DNA of 34,819 nucleotides from Chiloscyllium plagiosum (lineage: Eukaryota). The DNA is taken from contig NC_057720.1 in NCBI RefSeq assembly GCF_004010195.1, forward strand, positions 19,523,196 to 19,558,014, written 5' to 3'. Below are positions 32,620 through 34,819 of the stretch, one piece after another (the first letter of the stretch is position 1; every line of letters starts with the position of its first letter). Under the pieces are notes generated by a model. That model worked only from the letters and a program-made list of their open reading frames with translations. It did not search any database and was not told the DNA's origin. The translations under genes and the position numbers were made by a program.

Positions 32620-34020
32620 GTCATACAGGACAGAAACAGGCCTTTTGGCCCACCATGTCTATAACAACCAACAAACATCAAACTACTCTCATCCCATTCA
32701 CCTGAGCTTGATTTGAGCCTACTATGCCCCAGCATTCTAAGTGCTCACCCAAATGCTTCTTAAATGTTGCAGCATAGCTGCCTCTATCACCCTCTCAGGC
32801 AGCATGTTCCATATATCTACCCTCTGGGTGATTTTATTTTTTCTGATTCTGTCTAAACCACTTATTCCTCACCTTAAACTAATGCTGTCTAGAGTTAGAC
32901 ACATCTGCTATGGGGAAGAGATTCTCACGATGTACTGTTTATGCTTCTCATAATTTTGTATACCTCAATTAGTCTCCTTTACTCCAAGGAAAACAAACTC
33001 AGCCTGTCCAGTCCCTCCTCATAACTGAGACTTCTCATCCTAGGCAATATCCTGGTGAATCATCTCTGTAACCTCTCCAGTGGCTGCTCACAGTATTGCA
33101 TCTGTGGACTAACCAATATTTTATAAAGTTGTAACAAGACTTTGCTTGCTCCTGTATTCTACGCTCTGGCCAATGAAGGCAGTGGAGGCAAAAGACTTCT
33201 TCACCATCCTACCCGTGATAACATCTTGAGGGCATCCTGTGGATATATGTGCCAAGATCCCTTTGTTTCTCAGTATACCCCAGGGCCGACGCATCATTGT
33301 GCATATCTTTCCCTGATTAAACCTCCCAGAATGCATCACCTTGCACTTATCAGGATTAAATTCCATCTGCCCAATTTACTAGCTGATCAATATCAGACTG
33401 TAACCTGAGACCACCCTCCTCACTATCAACACTAACTATTTTTATGTCAGCTGCAAACTTAACAATTAAACCTACATTCACATCCTAGTCATTAATATAC
33501 ATACAACAGGCAAGGGTTACAATATTGATCCCTGTTGTATATCATTGGTCAGAGGTTCCCAATCACAAAAAGAATCTTGTGTCACTCTTGTGTCTCCTAT
33601 TTGTAAGCCAATTTTAGATGTCATTTTCCAAATTGGACTTGGGTCCAATGGAGTCTTAACTTTTAGATCAGCCTTCCATTTAGGATGTTGTCAAAGGCCT
33701 TACTGAAGTTCATGAAAACTACATCACTGCACTACCTTCATCAATATATTTAGTCATGTTTTCAAAAAAGTCAATTAATCAGATTGAATATCCCTTTTGC
33801 AAATCCATGTTGACTATCCCTAATCAATCCCTGTCTTTTGAAATGATTAGTCCTCGCCTTCAGAATTTTTTTCCAATAATTTCCTTATCACTGACATCAG
33901 ACGAATTGGCCTGCAATTACTTGGCCTACCCCAGCTGCTCTTGAACAAAGGAACCACATTTGCCATTCTCCAGCCATCTGGCACTTCACCTGCAGCCAAC
34001 AAAATATTAAATATCTCTAG
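32620..34020 (-). mobile_element. Old CR1 LINE fragment
   Basis: MEFNPDKCKVMH..; decayed RT motifs; 3' UTR at 32620-32760. Confidence 0.85.
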
Positions 34021-34023
34021 TCA

Positions 34024-34819
34024 GTCATAGAGTCATAGAGATGTACAGCATGGAAACAGACTCTTCGGTCCAACCCGTCCATGCCGACCAGATATCCCAA
34101 ACCAATCTAGTCTCACCTGCCAGCAACCGGCCCATATCCCTCCAAACCCTTCCTATTCATATACTCATCCAAATGCCTCTTAAATGTTGCAATTGTACCA
34201 GCCTCCACCACGTCCTCTGGCAGCTCATTCCATACACGTACCACCCTCTGCGTGAAAAAATTGCCCCGTAGGTCTCTTTTATACCTTTCCTCCTCACTCT
34301 AAACCTATGCCCTCTAGTCTGGACTCCACCACCCCAGGGAAAAGACTTTGTCTATTTATCCTATCCATGCCCCTCATAATTTTGTAAACCTCTCAGCTTC
34401 CGACGCTCCAGGGAAAACAGCCCCAGCCTGTTCAGCCTCTCCATATAGCTCAAATCCTCCAACCCTGGCAACATCCTTGTAAGTCTTTTCTGAACCCTTT
34501 CAAGTATCACAACATCTTTCCGATAGGAAGAACAGAATTGCACACATTACTCCAACAGTGGCCTAACCAATGTCCTGTACAGCTGCAACATGACCTCCCA
34601 ACTCCTGTACTCAATACTCTGACCAATAAAGGAAAGCTTACCAAACGCCGCCTTCACTATCCTATTTACCTGCAACTGTACTTTCAAGGAGCTATGAACC
34701 TGCATTCCAAGGTCTCTTTGTTAAGCAACACTCCTAAGGACCTTACCGTTAAGTGTATAAGTCCTGCTAAGATTTGCTTTCCCAAAATGCAGCACCTTGC
34801 ATTTATTTGAATTAAACTC
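34024..34819 (-). mobile_element. CR1 LINE 3' part, running off the window
   Basis: (CATAGAGT)n tail; YRKDVVILERVQKRLTRMLPGLE..LGLFSLERR. Confidence 0.94.

Overview
Eukaryotic, repeat-dense genomic DNA, almost certainly from a shark (elasmobranch). The evidence is HE1/V-SINEs, SacSINE1-like DeuSINEs, HER1/CR1-type LINEs, Rex1/Babar, L2 and Penelope-like elements. No intact protein-coding gene can be supported: every long ORF is a retroelement remnant or a by-product of a stop-free minisatellite. The only clear host gene is an intron-containing tRNA-Arg(TCT) at 23840-23930, followed by a CpG-rich stretch. Four features stand out. (i) Short, TSD-flanked, fold-back Penelope-derived elements carry minimal hammerhead-ribozyme motifs. 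(ii) A ~3-kb 17-bp minisatellite with a 153-bp higher-order period appears to have arisen inside a DeuSINE. (iii) A 684-bp GC-rich VNTR plus T-rich-tail insert lies between 14-bp direct repeats at the TATA box of a Gypsy LTR. (iv) Two ~100-bp near-perfect locally templated copies lie next to young HE1 SINEs. Family names come from recalled consensus sequences rather than database searches, and most repeat boundaries are approximate (+/-10-30 bp).
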